Shown here: positions 47,632 through 56,998 of the stretch, one piece after another | How the letters are laid out: each line of letters starts with the position of its first letter | Position numbering within the stretch: the stretch's first letter is position 1 | NCBI GenBank assembly: GCA_963667175.2 | Contig: CAXXXF010000014.1 | Coordinates: forward strand, 32,001-96,000 | Source: Candidatus Latescibacterota bacterium | GTDB lineage: Bacteria; Latescibacterota; UBA2968; GCA-2709665 | Direction: 5' to 3' | DNA: 64,000 nt | Position numbers and translations under genes: made by a program | The notes under the pieces: generated by a model | Database searches by the model: none | Told to the model about the DNA's origin: nothing | Seen by the model: only the letters and a program-made list of their open reading frames with translations

Positions 47632-48495
47632 ATGACGGAAGATAGAAACGCCCCTCAGATGAATGGCTGGCTGATGCTGTTCGTAACGCTTGTGCTTCTC
47701 GCCGTGTCCGTGGTGGTGTTTATACATGGTGTGACGGGCGGCGGGGCCGTTCCCATCGTCTCGTCCATCCTGCTTCTCGTCATCGACATTATCCTCATGA
47801 CCGGGTTATTCGCGGTGGAGCCGAATCAGTGCGTTGTCCTGCTGCTCTTCGGCGAGTATAAGGGCACCGAGCCGACGCAGGGATTCCGATGGACCAACCC
47901 GTTCAAGAGCCGGACGAAAGTCTCCCTGCGCGTCAGGAATTTCGACAGCGAACGTCTGAAGGTCAACGACAGCCGGGGCAATCCCATCGAGATCTCCGCC
48001 GTCATCGTGTGGCGAGTGCGCGTCGCCGCTCAGGCCCTGTTCGACGTGGACAACTACGAACAATACGTCAAGGTCCAGTCGGAGTCGGCAATCAGGCATC
48101 TCGCAACGAGCTATCCGTACGATCAGGCGGAGGGCGAAGAGATCAGCCTCAGGTCCTCGATCACCGAGGTCTCCGAATTCCTGGGGAAAGAGATTCAGGA
48201 CCGGGCCCAGGAAGCCGGCGTCGAGATCGAGGAGGCGCGGATCAACCACCTGGCCTACGCGCCGGAAATCGCCAACGCCATGCTCCAGCGCCAGCAGGCC
48301 GAGGCGGTCATTTCGGCACGCGCGAAGATCGTGGACGGCGCCGTCGGGATGGTGGAAATGGCTTTGAGGCGACTGACGGACGACGACGTGATCAAGCTGA
48401 ACGAGGAACAACGTGCGAATATGGTGAGTAACCTGCTGGTCGTCCTCTGCTCTCATGAATCGACGCAGCCCGTGGTCAGCGCCGGACCGCAATAG
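47632..48495 (+). CDS. SPFH/band-7 domain membrane protein
   Basis: Two TM helices, [40 protein letters not shown]. Confidence 0.9.
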   Translation: MTEDRNAPQMNGWLMLFVTLVLLAVSVVVFIHGVTGGGAVPIVSSILLLVIDIILMTGLFAVEPNQCVVLLLFGEYKGTEPTQGFRWTNPFKSRTKVSLRVRNFDSERLKVNDSRGNPIEISAVIVWRVRVAAQALFDVDNYEQYVKVQSESAIRHLATSYPYDQAEGEEISLRSSITEVSEFLGKEIQDRAQEAGVEIEEARINHLAYAPEIANAMLQRQQAEAVISARAKIVDGAVGMVEMALRRLTDDDVIKLNEEQRANMVSNLLVVLCSHESTQPVVSAGPQ

Positions 48496-48618
48496 TGGCG
48501 GACGGTTATCCGGAAGTTATGGGTTTTGACTTTGATCCTGGTTAATTTATATTCTACCTGACAGTGAACGTGGCACTCTTAAGACACGAAGACGTGCGAA
48601 TTATCGTCCGCGGGGAGA

Positions 48619-48849
48619 ATGACTATGGTAACAACGAATTTGAGAGTCGAGCTTCCGTCCGGACTGTCTCTAGAGGAAGCGAAGATACTCCTTGCCATCA
48701 AACTCTATGAGACGGGTAAAGTGTCACTTGGACAGGCGGCTAGAACCACCGCTCAGACCAAGCGCGACTTCATCGGGCTACTTGGCCAACAACAGGCACC
48801 TATCTTTAATTATTCTCCTGAGGAGTTGCGGGAGGAGACCAGCGAGTGA
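48619..48849 (+). CDS. UPF0175 family putative antitoxin
   Basis: LAIKLYETGKVSLGQAA...F..LL...YSPEELREE. TTGACT/TATATT promoter at 48526-48553. Confidence 0.8.
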   Translation: MTMVTTNLRVELPSGLSLEEAKILLAIKLYETGKVSLGQAARTTAQTKRDFIGLLGQQQAPIFNYSPEELREETSE

Positions 48850-48864
48850 GCGAGCGCATTCTCG

Positions 48865-49608
48865 TCAGGATTCGCCCGGCACGAACGCCATCAGGATCGT
48901 GTCCGCGAAGAGCCGCCACACGACGGCGACGTCGTCCAACCCCGCCTCCGTCATCGCGTGGATGAGGTCCTCCGCGCGATGTTCGTATTCATTGTCTTTC
49001 CCCGCCGCCTTCATCATTCGTTTGTATTCCCGCCTGGCGTCGATTTCCTCCCGCGTCACCAATCCTGCGTCGATCGCGCGCTGGACGTGACGTTCGCGGT
49101 ATCGGGTCGATTGCTGCCGCACCGCCGCCGTCCAACCGGGGCCGACCGACATTGTGTCGAACAGGATGAAGCAACCGCCCGGCCGAAGCGCGCCCGCGAT
49201 CCGTGCAAACAGCGCGGGCAGATTGTCGGGATGTAAATGGTGGAAGGTCTTCGCCGAAAACACCACGTCGCACGACCGGAGCGCGCAACGGGTGATGTCC
49301 GCTTCCCGTACTTCGATCCTGGCCGCGTACGGCGTCAGTTTGCGCTGCGCGATCCGCAGCATCTCCGGTTCACTGTCGATACAGATCCCCTCGGCCCGTT
49401 GAAAGCGATCCAGCACCCTCGCCGTCGGCTCGGCCGTGCCGCACCCGAGATCCACGAACTCGAACGGTTCGTCCGAGCCGAAGGGAATCAGATCGACGAT
49501 CATCTCGATACCGGTTGCGTAAGGAGGGCTCAGGACCGGCTGGATCCGATCGTACGAATCCGCGATTTCCGCGAAATAGTTGAAACCTTTGAGCGATCCG
49601 TCGCTCAT
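48865..49608 (-). CDS. Class I SAM-dependent methyltransferase
   Basis: VDLGCGTA, IDSEPEML and ALRPGGCFILFD motifs. Confidence 0.88.
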   Translation of the reverse strand: MSDGSLKGFNYFAEIADSYDRIQPVLSPPYATGIEMIVDLIPFGSDEPFEFVDLGCGTAEPTARVLDRFQRAEGICIDSEPEMLRIAQRKLTPYAARIEVREADITRCALRSCDVVFSAKTFHHLHPDNLPALFARIAGALRPGGCFILFDTMSVGPGWTAAVRQQSTRYRERHVQRAIDAGLVTREEIDARREYKRMMKAAGKDNEYEHRAEDLIHAMTEAGLDDVAVVWRLFADTILMAFVPGES

Positions 49609-49719
49609 GTTGGATCTCCGGCTGGATTCATCGCTGTAACCCGTCAAGATGAGCGCTCTTTCGGCGTTCGGACTCCATCCTGTCTATCGAACTAAGTTCC
49701 TGTTTTTAAATTGGAAAGG

Positions 49720-50169
49720 TTACCCCTCTACAACCGGAATCCCCCTGGCTCCGGCGACGGGGACGAGTTTCAATTCAAACTCGCTTCTTATCGTCTGATT
49801 CGCGGCATGACTCATTCCGCCGAAGTTCACGGTCGTGCCTTTTCCTCCGCTTACCCGGATCTCCATTCCCGTCGCCGCCAGACGAATCTCGGAAATTGAA
49901 TCCCAGGCTATCCTGCGGCCTCTGAAGAGGCCCCTGCTGATTTTCAGATGTCCCTCATGAATCTCGACGGCGTGCCTGTTGATCCGGTCGTAGAATAGAC
50001 CCCACGACAGCCACGACGGACCGAGGACCAGATTCAGGATGCCGAAAAAGCCGTGTCCGGTGCTGAGAAAAAGAGCGCCGCCAATGACGTGAACGATGCC
50101 GAGTATAACCAGAAGAACTCTTAATTGAGGGGGTATCGGGACGGTGAGATCAATTGTCCTGTCTTTCAT
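49720..50169 (-). CDS. Hypothetical membrane protein (2 TM plus PH-like tail)
   Basis: Two TM helices followed by IAWDSISEI. GAGG RBS. Confidence 0.6.
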   Translation of the reverse strand: MKDRTIDLTVPIPPQLRVLLVILGIVHVIGGALFLSTGHGFFGILNLVLGPSWLSWGLFYDRINRHAVEIHEGHLKISRGLFRGRRIAWDSISEIRLAATGMEIRVSGGKGTTVNFGGMSHAANQTIRSEFELKLVPVAGARGIPVVEG

Positions 50170-50213
50170 GTCTATCGTCGTCCTCTCTCAAACCTGCCGT
50201 GACTTCGGGATGC

Positions 50214-50651
50214 TCAGTCCCAGCCGAAGCTGTCGTAGAACCTGCCGTTCAGGTAATTCTCGATCGCACGCCTGACGTACGGCACCATATTTTCGGGGAG
50301 ATCGCGGACCGAATGCCAGGAAAGGTCGTCACAAAGCTCGGGCTCGGCGTTGACAACGTTGCCGCGCCACCTGGAGGCGACAAGAAAGAACGACACCCGT
50401 TCGCCGTCGCTCTTGCGGTGCATGACGCCCACGACCTCGACGTCCGATAACCGGATATGGATTCCCGCCTCCTCCCGCGCTTCCCGGATTGCCGCCGCCC
50501 GGACCTCCTCGTTCCCGTCGATATGCCCTGCGACCACGCTGTACTTCCCGTCCTCGTATCCCGTATTGAAGCGCCTTAACAACAACACTTCACCGCGTCC
50601 GTTTATCAGAAAGACATGCGCTTCAGGAATCAGTTTGAATTTTTCGGCCAT
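50214..50651 (-). CDS. NUDIX hydrolase
   Basis: Nudix box GHIDGNEEVRAAAIREAREEAG. Confidence 0.9.
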   Translation of the reverse strand: MAEKFKLIPEAHVFLINGRGEVLLLRRFNTGYEDGKYSVVAGHIDGNEEVRAAAIREAREEAGIHIRLSDVEVVGVMHRKSDGERVSFFLVASRWRGNVVNAEPELCDDLSWHSVRDLPENMVPYVRRAIENYLNGRFYDSFGWD

Positions 50652-50665
50652 GGATTGCCCCCGGG

Positions 50666-50850
50666 CCACCTCTCCCCCCGGCCGTCGAGAGGCAGCGATC
50701 AGCGGTCAGCATTCAGCCGTCAGCTTGAGTCAAAACCAACCCATTGACCTCAGTGCCATGAAATCACAGGACCAAAAGGTGGTGTTTCGAGGGCAGGACC
50801 TGCCTGCCGGCAGGCAGGTGCCCTCGCTCCCGTGGCCCCTCTCCCGGGGT
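50666..50850. repeat. REP mosaic (split CCCCTCTCCC element containing a CCTGCCTGCCGGCAGGCAGG hairpin)
   Basis: 50788-50826 is identical to 46484-46522. Flanks ACCTCTCCCCCCGG and CCCCTCTCCCGGGG match the element at 46253-46347. Confidence 0.75.
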
Positions 50851-50857
50851 GAAACCC

Positions 50858-52690
50858 TCACCTGTAGTGTTCCGCCTGCGTGTTGAACATGTCGGCGTAC
50901 AATCCACCCGTACCCATCAATTCTTCGTGGGAACCCTCTTCAACCAGTTGACCGTCCCGCAGTATAAGTATGTGCCGCGCCATTCGGACTGTCGAAAAAC
51001 GATGGGAGATAAAGATCGTCATCTTTCCGGTTGTCAGTTCCGCGAACTGCCGGTGCAACTCGTACTCGGCATAGGCATCCAGGGCTGCGGTCGGCTCGTC
51101 CAGAATCAATATCTGAGCCCGGCGCATGAACGCCCGGCTCAGCGCCACTTTCTGCCACTCCCCGCCGGACAGGTCCACCCCTTCGTCGAGCGTTCTTCCC
51201 AGAATCGTATCGAATCCACGGGGTAGTTTCGTCACAACCTCGGTGGCGCCGCCCTTTCGCGCCGCGTCAGCGATCTCGTCCTCAACTTGGAGTCGATCCA
51301 CCTGGCCAAAGCCGATGTTCTCCCGTGCTGAAAGGTCGTAGCGGACGAAGTCCTGGAAAATGACGCCAATATGCCGGTGAAGATCTTTCGGGTCGTAATC
51401 GCGAAGATCCTTTCCGTCCAGCAAGATGACGCCTTCAGTCGGATCATAGAACCGGGCAAGAAGCTTCACAAGCGTCGTCTTTCCCGCGCCATTTTCACCC
51501 ACGATCGCGGCGGACTCACCAGCCGTGATTGTAAATGAGAGATCCTTCAGAACAAAACGATCGGTACCCGGATATCGGAACGATACGTTGTGAAATTCGA
51601 TTCCCCTATCGATTCTCTTCGGCACCGGTGCGGGCGAGTCCGGTATCGGTGCGAGGGCCCCGTCAACCGACGACCGTTCGAGATCCAGAAACTTGAAGAG
51701 AATGCCGGCGAATATCGAATGTTCGTAGAAATAACCCAGATCCGTGAACAGAGATACCAGGCCCGACCTGCTCCGTTCAGCCGCCTGGAAGGCAAGTGCC
51801 ACGTCACCCACCGTGATCTGTCTGCCAGCCGCCCTCACTACGGCATATCCCCAAATCGCCGCCGTTCCCGCCATCGAGAGCGCTCCGAACAGAAACCCGA
51901 GCTTCTCCTGGCGGAACTTCAGCCGGGTCGATTGCTTGACGTAGGTGTTCCAGTAACCGGTGAAGCGTTTCAACAGTTCCTGGTGCAGGCCGAAGATCCG
52001 GATCTCCTTCACCGCTTCACGGGATCCCAATAGCCGCGAGAGGTAATCACTGATTCTCCTGTTCCTGGTGACCGCGCCTTCCAGCGCAAACCTCCTGCCG
52101 GCAAAATAGCCCGCCACAACCACCTGTGGCAGGGTGGTCGCGACAAGAATCAGAACCGCGGCCCAATGCAAATGCAACAACAGGGCCAGCATCGCGATCG
52201 TAGAAACGGATGACGATACGATGCTCACGGACAAGACAGCCAGATTGTTCGCACGGTAGCCTTCACCCCTCGCTTTCTCCATTTCGTCGAAGAACTCGGA
52301 GTTTTCGAAGAAGGCCATATCCATTTCGGATGCCTTTCGGAAAATCAGTGCCTGCGAGTAGTTCCTGACCTGCTGGCCCAATTGCTCAGACAACATTCGC
52401 GAAGCGGACTGGCAGACTCCCCCAGCCATCCAGACCGCGAGAATGGCGCCGATCGGCGACAATAATTCGAGCCAGTCGATGGCATGGGTACCCGAATTGT
52501 CGCCCAGGGAATCCACGACGGTGTCGATAGCCACCTTCGAAATCCAAACCTGCGCAACCGGAACTACCGAGTTGAGAATGCTCAAGCCGAACGCGCAGAT
52601 TGCAACCCACCGTCCTGCCTGCCAGACGAGCTTCAGACACCTGGGGTAAACCTTCACGATCTGGCGGACGGCATTCAGGAAATCGGGCAT
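50858..52690 (-). CDS. ABC exporter, fused permease/ATPase
   Basis: GENGAGKT, LSGGEWQKVALSR, LDEPT and ISHRFST motifs plus a TM domain. Confidence 0.9.
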   Translation of the reverse strand: MPDFLNAVRQIVKVYPRCLKLVWQAGRWVAICAFGLSILNSVVPVAQVWISKVAIDTVVDSLGDNSGTHAIDWLELLSPIGAILAVWMAGGVCQSASRMLSEQLGQQVRNYSQALIFRKASEMDMAFFENSEFFDEMEKARGEGYRANNLAVLSVSIVSSSVSTIAMLALLLHLHWAAVLILVATTLPQVVVAGYFAGRRFALEGAVTRNRRISDYLSRLLGSREAVKEIRIFGLHQELLKRFTGYWNTYVKQSTRLKFRQEKLGFLFGALSMAGTAAIWGYAVVRAAGRQITVGDVALAFQAAERSRSGLVSLFTDLGYFYEHSIFAGILFKFLDLERSSVDGALAPIPDSPAPVPKRIDRGIEFHNVSFRYPGTDRFVLKDLSFTITAGESAAIVGENGAGKTTLVKLLARFYDPTEGVILLDGKDLRDYDPKDLHRHIGVIFQDFVRYDLSARENIGFGQVDRLQVEDEIADAARKGGATEVVTKLPRGFDTILGRTLDEGVDLSGGEWQKVALSRAFMRRAQILILDEPTAALDAYAEYELHRQFAELTTGKMTIFISHRFSTVRMARHILILRDGQLVEEGSHEELMGTGGLYADMFNTQAEHYR

Positions 52691-52827
52691 CGCTTTACCG
52701 GTAGAGACCTTGCCCAGCTCAAAATGGATACTGGCCGTTCACGACGAACCAAACATACCGTCGTTTACTCGCCAAAGCAAATCTCGTGCGGCATGGACTC
52801 CTGGCATGATTCTGCGGCGCTTCGTCC

Positions 52828-52873
52828 TATACATATAATTAGTATTGACTTATATGTATAAAATATACATATT
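52828..52873 (+). promoter_or_regulatory. vapBC promoter/operator
   Basis: TTGACT (52845-52850). Perfect inverted repeat ATATGTATA-AAA-TATACATAT (52852-52872) and an extra half-site at 52828-52836. Confidence 0.7.
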
Positions 52874-52880
52874 ATAGCAT

Positions 52881-53090
52881 ATGCGAACGACACTGAATAT
52901 AGACGATACCCTGCTGAGCCGCGCATCCAGGTTAACCGGAATCAAACAGAAGACCGCCCTGGTCAGGCTGGGCCTCGAAGCCCTGATCGCCCGCGAAAGC
53001 AGCAAACGCCTCGCGGAACTCGAAGGCTCTGAGGAAAGCCTGCTGCCGGTCCCGAGGCGGCGACCGGAAAAACCGGCGCCATGGTCCTAG
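52881..53090 (+). CDS. vapB: VapB family antitoxin
   Basis: MRTTLNIDDTLL...KTALVRLGLEALI RHH pattern, overlapping the PIN gene. Confidence 0.88.
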   Translation: MRTTLNIDDTLLSRASRLTGIKQKTALVRLGLEALIARESSKRLAELEGSEESLLPVPRRRPEKPAPWS

Positions 53091-53443
53091 TCGATACGCC
53101 GATATGGGTCTCGTTCCTTCGCTCAGGGAATAAGCGACTGGGGACGCTCCTTCGTGAAGCCAGGGTTGCCAGCCATCCGCTGATCGTCGGAGAACTCGCC
53201 TGCGGGACGCTGGACAACAGAACGGAATTCCTCGCGCTGATCCAGACGCTTCCGCAGGCATCCGCGGCCAGCCAGCTGGAAGTCCTGCATTTCATCGATC
53301 ACCACCGGTTGTCGGCCGCGGGGGTGGGCTATATCGACGCGCACCTGATGGCTTCCGCCCGCTTGTCGGACCTGTTGCTGTGGACTACCGAGGGCAATCT
53401 GCGGTCGGCTGCGGTTCGCTTGGGAATCGCCTACGGGTATTGA
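53081..53443 (+). CDS. vapC: VapC PIN-domain toxin
   Basis: MVLVDTPIW, GELACG, GYIDAHL and LWT motifs. Confidence 0.88.
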   Translation: MVLVDTPIWVSFLRSGNKRLGTLLREARVASHPLIVGELACGTLDNRTEFLALIQTLPQASAASQLEVLHFIDHHRLSAAGVGYIDAHLMASARLSDLLLWTTEGNLRSAAVRLGIAYGY

Positions 53444-53492
53444 GGGCGGAGTCCCGATCCCGTCATTTCAATCACGAAAGGAGAGCGAGTTC

Positions 53493-53993
53493 ATGTTTCG
53501 ATTTCTCGTACCGGCACTGACGATGTTCTGCCTGCTGGGCGCCGTCGCTACGGATACCCGTGCCCAGATTGCCTTCCGCGCCGGCGGCGGTCTGTACGTC
53601 GAAGAGAAAGAACCCGGCTGGCATGGATCCATCATCCTGCCGTTCGGCAGCAAACCGGCCGGGATCATGCTGGCCGGCGAATACTACACGAAAGACGGCG
53701 GTATCACCGTGCCGATATCTATCCGGGGCCTCTACAAGATCGGTCTCGGAGACAGGCTACACGTTTACGGCGGCTTCGGAAGCGGCGTGATCTATACCAG
53801 ACAGGAATCGGATGCCGCACTGATCGACGGATCGTCCACGAAAGTGCTCGTTTCCGCCGTGGCGGGGCTGAATATCAAATGGCTGGGGCCGGTGCGCATC
53901 TTCGTCGAAACCACTCTGGACCGGGGCGTGGGCGGTAACACGGAGGACAAATACGGCGCGAAGGTGGGCATCTCGCTCACCATCACCGACTGA
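53493..53993 (+). CDS. Probable small outer-membrane beta-barrel protein
   Basis: Signal peptide and Gly/aromatic-rich amphipathic strands (HVYGGFGSG, AVAGLN). Confidence 0.65.
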   Translation: MFRFLVPALTMFCLLGAVATDTRAQIAFRAGGGLYVEEKEPGWHGSIILPFGSKPAGIMLAGEYYTKDGGITVPISIRGLYKIGLGDRLHVYGGFGSGVIYTRQESDAALIDGSSTKVLVSAVAGLNIKWLGPVRIFVETTLDRGVGGNTEDKYGAKVGISLTITD

Positions 53994-54130
53994 GAGACCC
54001 TGAAAGCGCAGGAAAAACACCGCGTATTCAGGAAACACGGTGCGACAATTGCAGACGAAGACGTCTTGTCAGACCCTTTCTGTCACCCGGTTGGCCCCCC
54101 CTGCGTCAACGACGCCACATCCGCCGATAG

Positions 54131-54194
54131 ATTGATTTCTTTCAATAAATAAGTAACTAATTACGTTAAAAAAAATATATTTTATCTTTTTAAC
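54131..54194. promoter_or_regulatory. AT-rich operator region upstream of the Xre gene
   Basis: Inverted repeats ATTGA-N6-TCAAT (54131-54146) and GTTAAAAA-N14-TTTTTAAC (54165-54194). Confidence 0.5.
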
Positions 54195-54268
54195 CATCTG
54201 TATTACTTTTTTCCGGCGGATCATTGTCGCCACCCGTCACCCCGAAAACCGAGCCGCAGACTCGTCCT

Positions 54269-54529
54269 ATGCTGAAATTCCAACTCCATATCCTTATGGC
54301 TGAAAAAGGGCCGGACCGTCCGTACAGGATCTCGGAAATCGCCGGGCGGACGGGTCTTCAGGCCAACACCGTCTCTGCCATTTTCAATAACCGGGCGAAG
54401 CGGATCGATCTGGCCACGATCGAAACGCTCTGCCAGGCGCTGGATTGTACGCCCGGCGACCTCTTCCTATACAATCCCGAATCAGACCCAACGCCCGAGG
54501 CCCCAAGCAAAGGAGACCCGCCACCATGA
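54269..54529 (+). CDS. Cro/C1 (Xre, HTH_26-like) transcriptional regulator
   Basis: ISEIAGRTGLQANTVSAI..RIDLATIETLCQALDCTPGDLF. Confidence 0.85.
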   Translation: MLKFQLHILMAEKGPDRPYRISEIAGRTGLQANTVSAIFNNRAKRIDLATIETLCQALDCTPGDLFLYNPESDPTPEAPSKGDPPP

Positions 54530-55668
54530 AAATCACTGCGATAAAGACCTTTCTCGTCACCTACAGCAACCGTCCCAGGGCGCTGATCAAGGTCGAAACC
54601 GACGAGGGCCTTTACGGATGGGGCGAAGCCTATTCCATCGGGCCGGACCTCTCCGTCGAGCCGATCGTAGATTATATCGCCACGTGGTTCGTGGGCGAAG
54701 ACCCCCGCCGTATCGAATACCTGATGATGAAGACCCATCAGCAGTTCCGATTTCCACCGGGGGGTACCGGCCTGGCCGCCATTTCAGGGATCGAACACGC
54801 GCTGTGGGATATCAGCGGCAAAGCGGCAAACGTACCGGTATACATGCTTCTCGGCGGCAACCTGCGAGACCGAGTGAGAGTCTACCAGAGCTGCGGCGGG
54901 CCAACCGGCGCGGTTGCGGCCGAAGGGGCGCAGCGATTGAACGACAAATGGGGATTCACCGCGTTCAAGACCAGCCCGTTCCTGTTGAGTCCCGACGCGA
55001 ACCGCTGGGGACGGGTCTGTGACGCCGCGGCGACGTATTTCGAAGAGCTCCGCGATTGTACTCCCGACGACTGGGAATTCGCGTTCGATCCACACGCGAA
55101 GATCTTCGAACCCGTCAGGGCCCTGCAACTGGCCAATGCGCTGGCGCCGTATGATCCCCTGTTTTACGAAGAGCCCCTTCGGCCGGAACACATCCCTGCC
55201 TGGCAACAGTTGCGCAGCCAGATGCAGGTACCGCTGGCAACCGGCGAAAGTCTCTACGCGCGGTTCGAATTCCTGAATCTCATCGCCGCCAGGGCCGCCG
55301 ACATCATACAGCCCGACGTCTGCGTCTGCGGAGGCCTGCTCGAAATGCGGAAGATCGCTGCCATCGCCGAGGCCCATTACGTCACCATCGCGCCGCACAA
55401 CCCGATGGGACCGATCGCAACGGCGGTCAACGTGCACTTCGCCGCCGCAACGCATAACTTCAAGATCCTGGAATACGTCATCCCGGTGGGATCGAGATGG
55501 ATGGAGTACGTCCCGGATCCCTACCTGCCGGTGGACGGATACCTGGAACTCAGAGACCGTCCCGGGCTGGGCATCGACGTAAACGAGGACGCGCTTACCG
55601 ATGAAGACGTCCCCCACTGGCAGCGCACGGCCCCCGTCCGCCCGGATGGGTCGACGGGATACATTTAG
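54526..55668 (+). CDS. Mandelate racemase/galactonate dehydratase-like enolase superfamily enzyme
   Basis: VETDEGLYGWGE, ALWDISGK, DPH, YEEP, ATGE, QPD and APHNP motifs. AAGGAG RBS. Confidence 0.9.
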   Translation: MKITAIKTFLVTYSNRPRALIKVETDEGLYGWGEAYSIGPDLSVEPIVDYIATWFVGEDPRRIEYLMMKTHQQFRFPPGGTGLAAISGIEHALWDISGKAANVPVYMLLGGNLRDRVRVYQSCGGPTGAVAAEGAQRLNDKWGFTAFKTSPFLLSPDANRWGRVCDAAATYFEELRDCTPDDWEFAFDPHAKIFEPVRALQLANALAPYDPLFYEEPLRPEHIPAWQQLRSQMQVPLATGESLYARFEFLNLIAARAADIIQPDVCVCGGLLEMRKIAAIAEAHYVTIAPHNPMGPIATAVNVHFAAATHNFKILEYVIPVGSRWMEYVPDPYLPVDGYLELRDRPGLGIDVNEDALTDEDVPHWQRTAPVRPDGSTGYI

Positions 55669-55816
55669 AGCGGTGAGACGGGAGAGGATGTCTGCCCCCG
55701 ATATCCCTTGCAATCCCCAACAATAGATGGTACCATCAACGTCGCACGCTGCGCGACGGGAAGAACGCGATTGGCCGACGGTCCGGCGCCAACGCAACCC
55801 ATCCGGAGATACCCGA

Positions 55817-56998
55817 TTGTCAAACCCGCACACCACGCTCTGGTCCTACCCGTGGGACCTCGCCGACGGCGGGCCCGAAGCCATCGCAAATCGGCTTCGT
55901 AACGAGATCGGCCTGGATGCCATCAGCCTGGCCTCGGCGTACCACACCTTCGAGATGCTGCGCCCGCATTCGCCGACGCAGGTGCTCCTCCAGATTCCTC
56001 AGGCCGCCGTCTATTTTCAGCCCGATCCGAACCTGTATGCCGACACACCCATACAACCTCACGTCAGCCCGCTCATGGGCGGCGAGAACTGGTACGCGGA
56101 CGCCGCCGGGGCCGCGGCGGGCGCCGGTCTGGAACTCATCGCGTGGACGGTATTTCTTCACAACTCGTACCAGGCCGGCCGCCATCCTGAATGCGCTGAA
56201 GTCACCTGTACCGGCGACGTCAGCACCTCCTGGCTCTGCCCGGCCAACCCGGGGGTCCGCGCGTTTGCCGCGGCGCTGGCCAGAGACCTCGCCGAAAACT
56301 ACGGAATCGCCCTCCTGGAGTGCGAGTCCCTCTCCTACGGCGGGTTCGGACACACGCATTATCACGTCAAACACGGCGTCGACCTCGGACCCGGCGGCCG
56401 CTTTCTCCTCTCCCTCTGCTTCTGCGACGCCTGTCGGTCGAGGGCAATAGAAAAAGGCGTGGATCCAAACGCCCTTTCGCGGGCCGTGGAATCCAGGCTG
56501 CGCCAGACCCTGGCATCCGGCGTCCCGCCCGCCGGGTCCCGAGAGGAACTCATCGCCTCGGTGCCGCAACTCGAGGCATTCATCCGGATGCGCGACGAGG
56601 TCGTCGCGAGCCTGCTGGAAGAGGTCAAAGCCGCCGCCGGGGTTCCCGTCTCGTTCATCTTCATGGGCGACCGGTTTCACGCGGCGGTCGACCGCTCGCG
56701 CCTGGCGAACATCGCCGATTACGCGGAGACCCTCGCCTACACACCGGACGCCGACCGAATTCAAGGGGCGATCTCCGAAATTGTGCCCGACCTGAAGAAC
56801 CCGCAGCAACTCGTCGTGGGTCTGCAGGCATACCATCCCGCGTCTCCGGACGCCCGGACACTCAGCGCGAGCGTCGAACGCGCGCTGGGCCTGGGCATCC
56901 GCCGGTTTTCGTTCTACAATTACGGCATTATGCCGAAAGCCAACCTGGCCTGGATCCGGCAGTGCATCGGCGACGCCGGCCGCCCCTGTGACACGTGA
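55817..56998 (+). CDS. Hypothetical TIM-barrel/glycoside-hydrolase-like protein
   Basis: YPWD, LASAYH, AWTVFLHN, LCPANP, SLCFCDAC and FYNYG motifs. TTG start with GGAG RBS. Confidence 0.6.
   Translation: MSNPHTTLWSYPWDLADGGPEAIANRLRNEIGLDAISLASAYHTFEMLRPHSPTQVLLQIPQAAVYFQPDPNLYADTPIQPHVSPLMGGENWYADAAGAAAGAGLELIAWTVFLHNSYQAGRHPECAEVTCTGDVSTSWLCPANPGVRAFAAALARDLAENYGIALLECESLSYGGFGHTHYHVKHGVDLGPGGRFLLSLCFCDACRSRAIEKGVDPNALSRAVESRLRQTLASGVPPAGSREELIASVPQLEAFIRMRDEVVASLLEEVKAAAGVPVSFIFMGDRFHAAVDRSRLANIADYAETLAYTPDADRIQGAISEIVPDLKNPQQLVVGLQAYHPASPDARTLSASVERALGLGIRRFSFYNYGIMPKANLAWIRQCIGDAGRPCDT

Noticed and set aside
52775-52795. Possible sigma-54 site upstream of the third ABC exporter
   Set aside because: The invariant GG at -24 is missing (CCGCAC-N5-TTGC).
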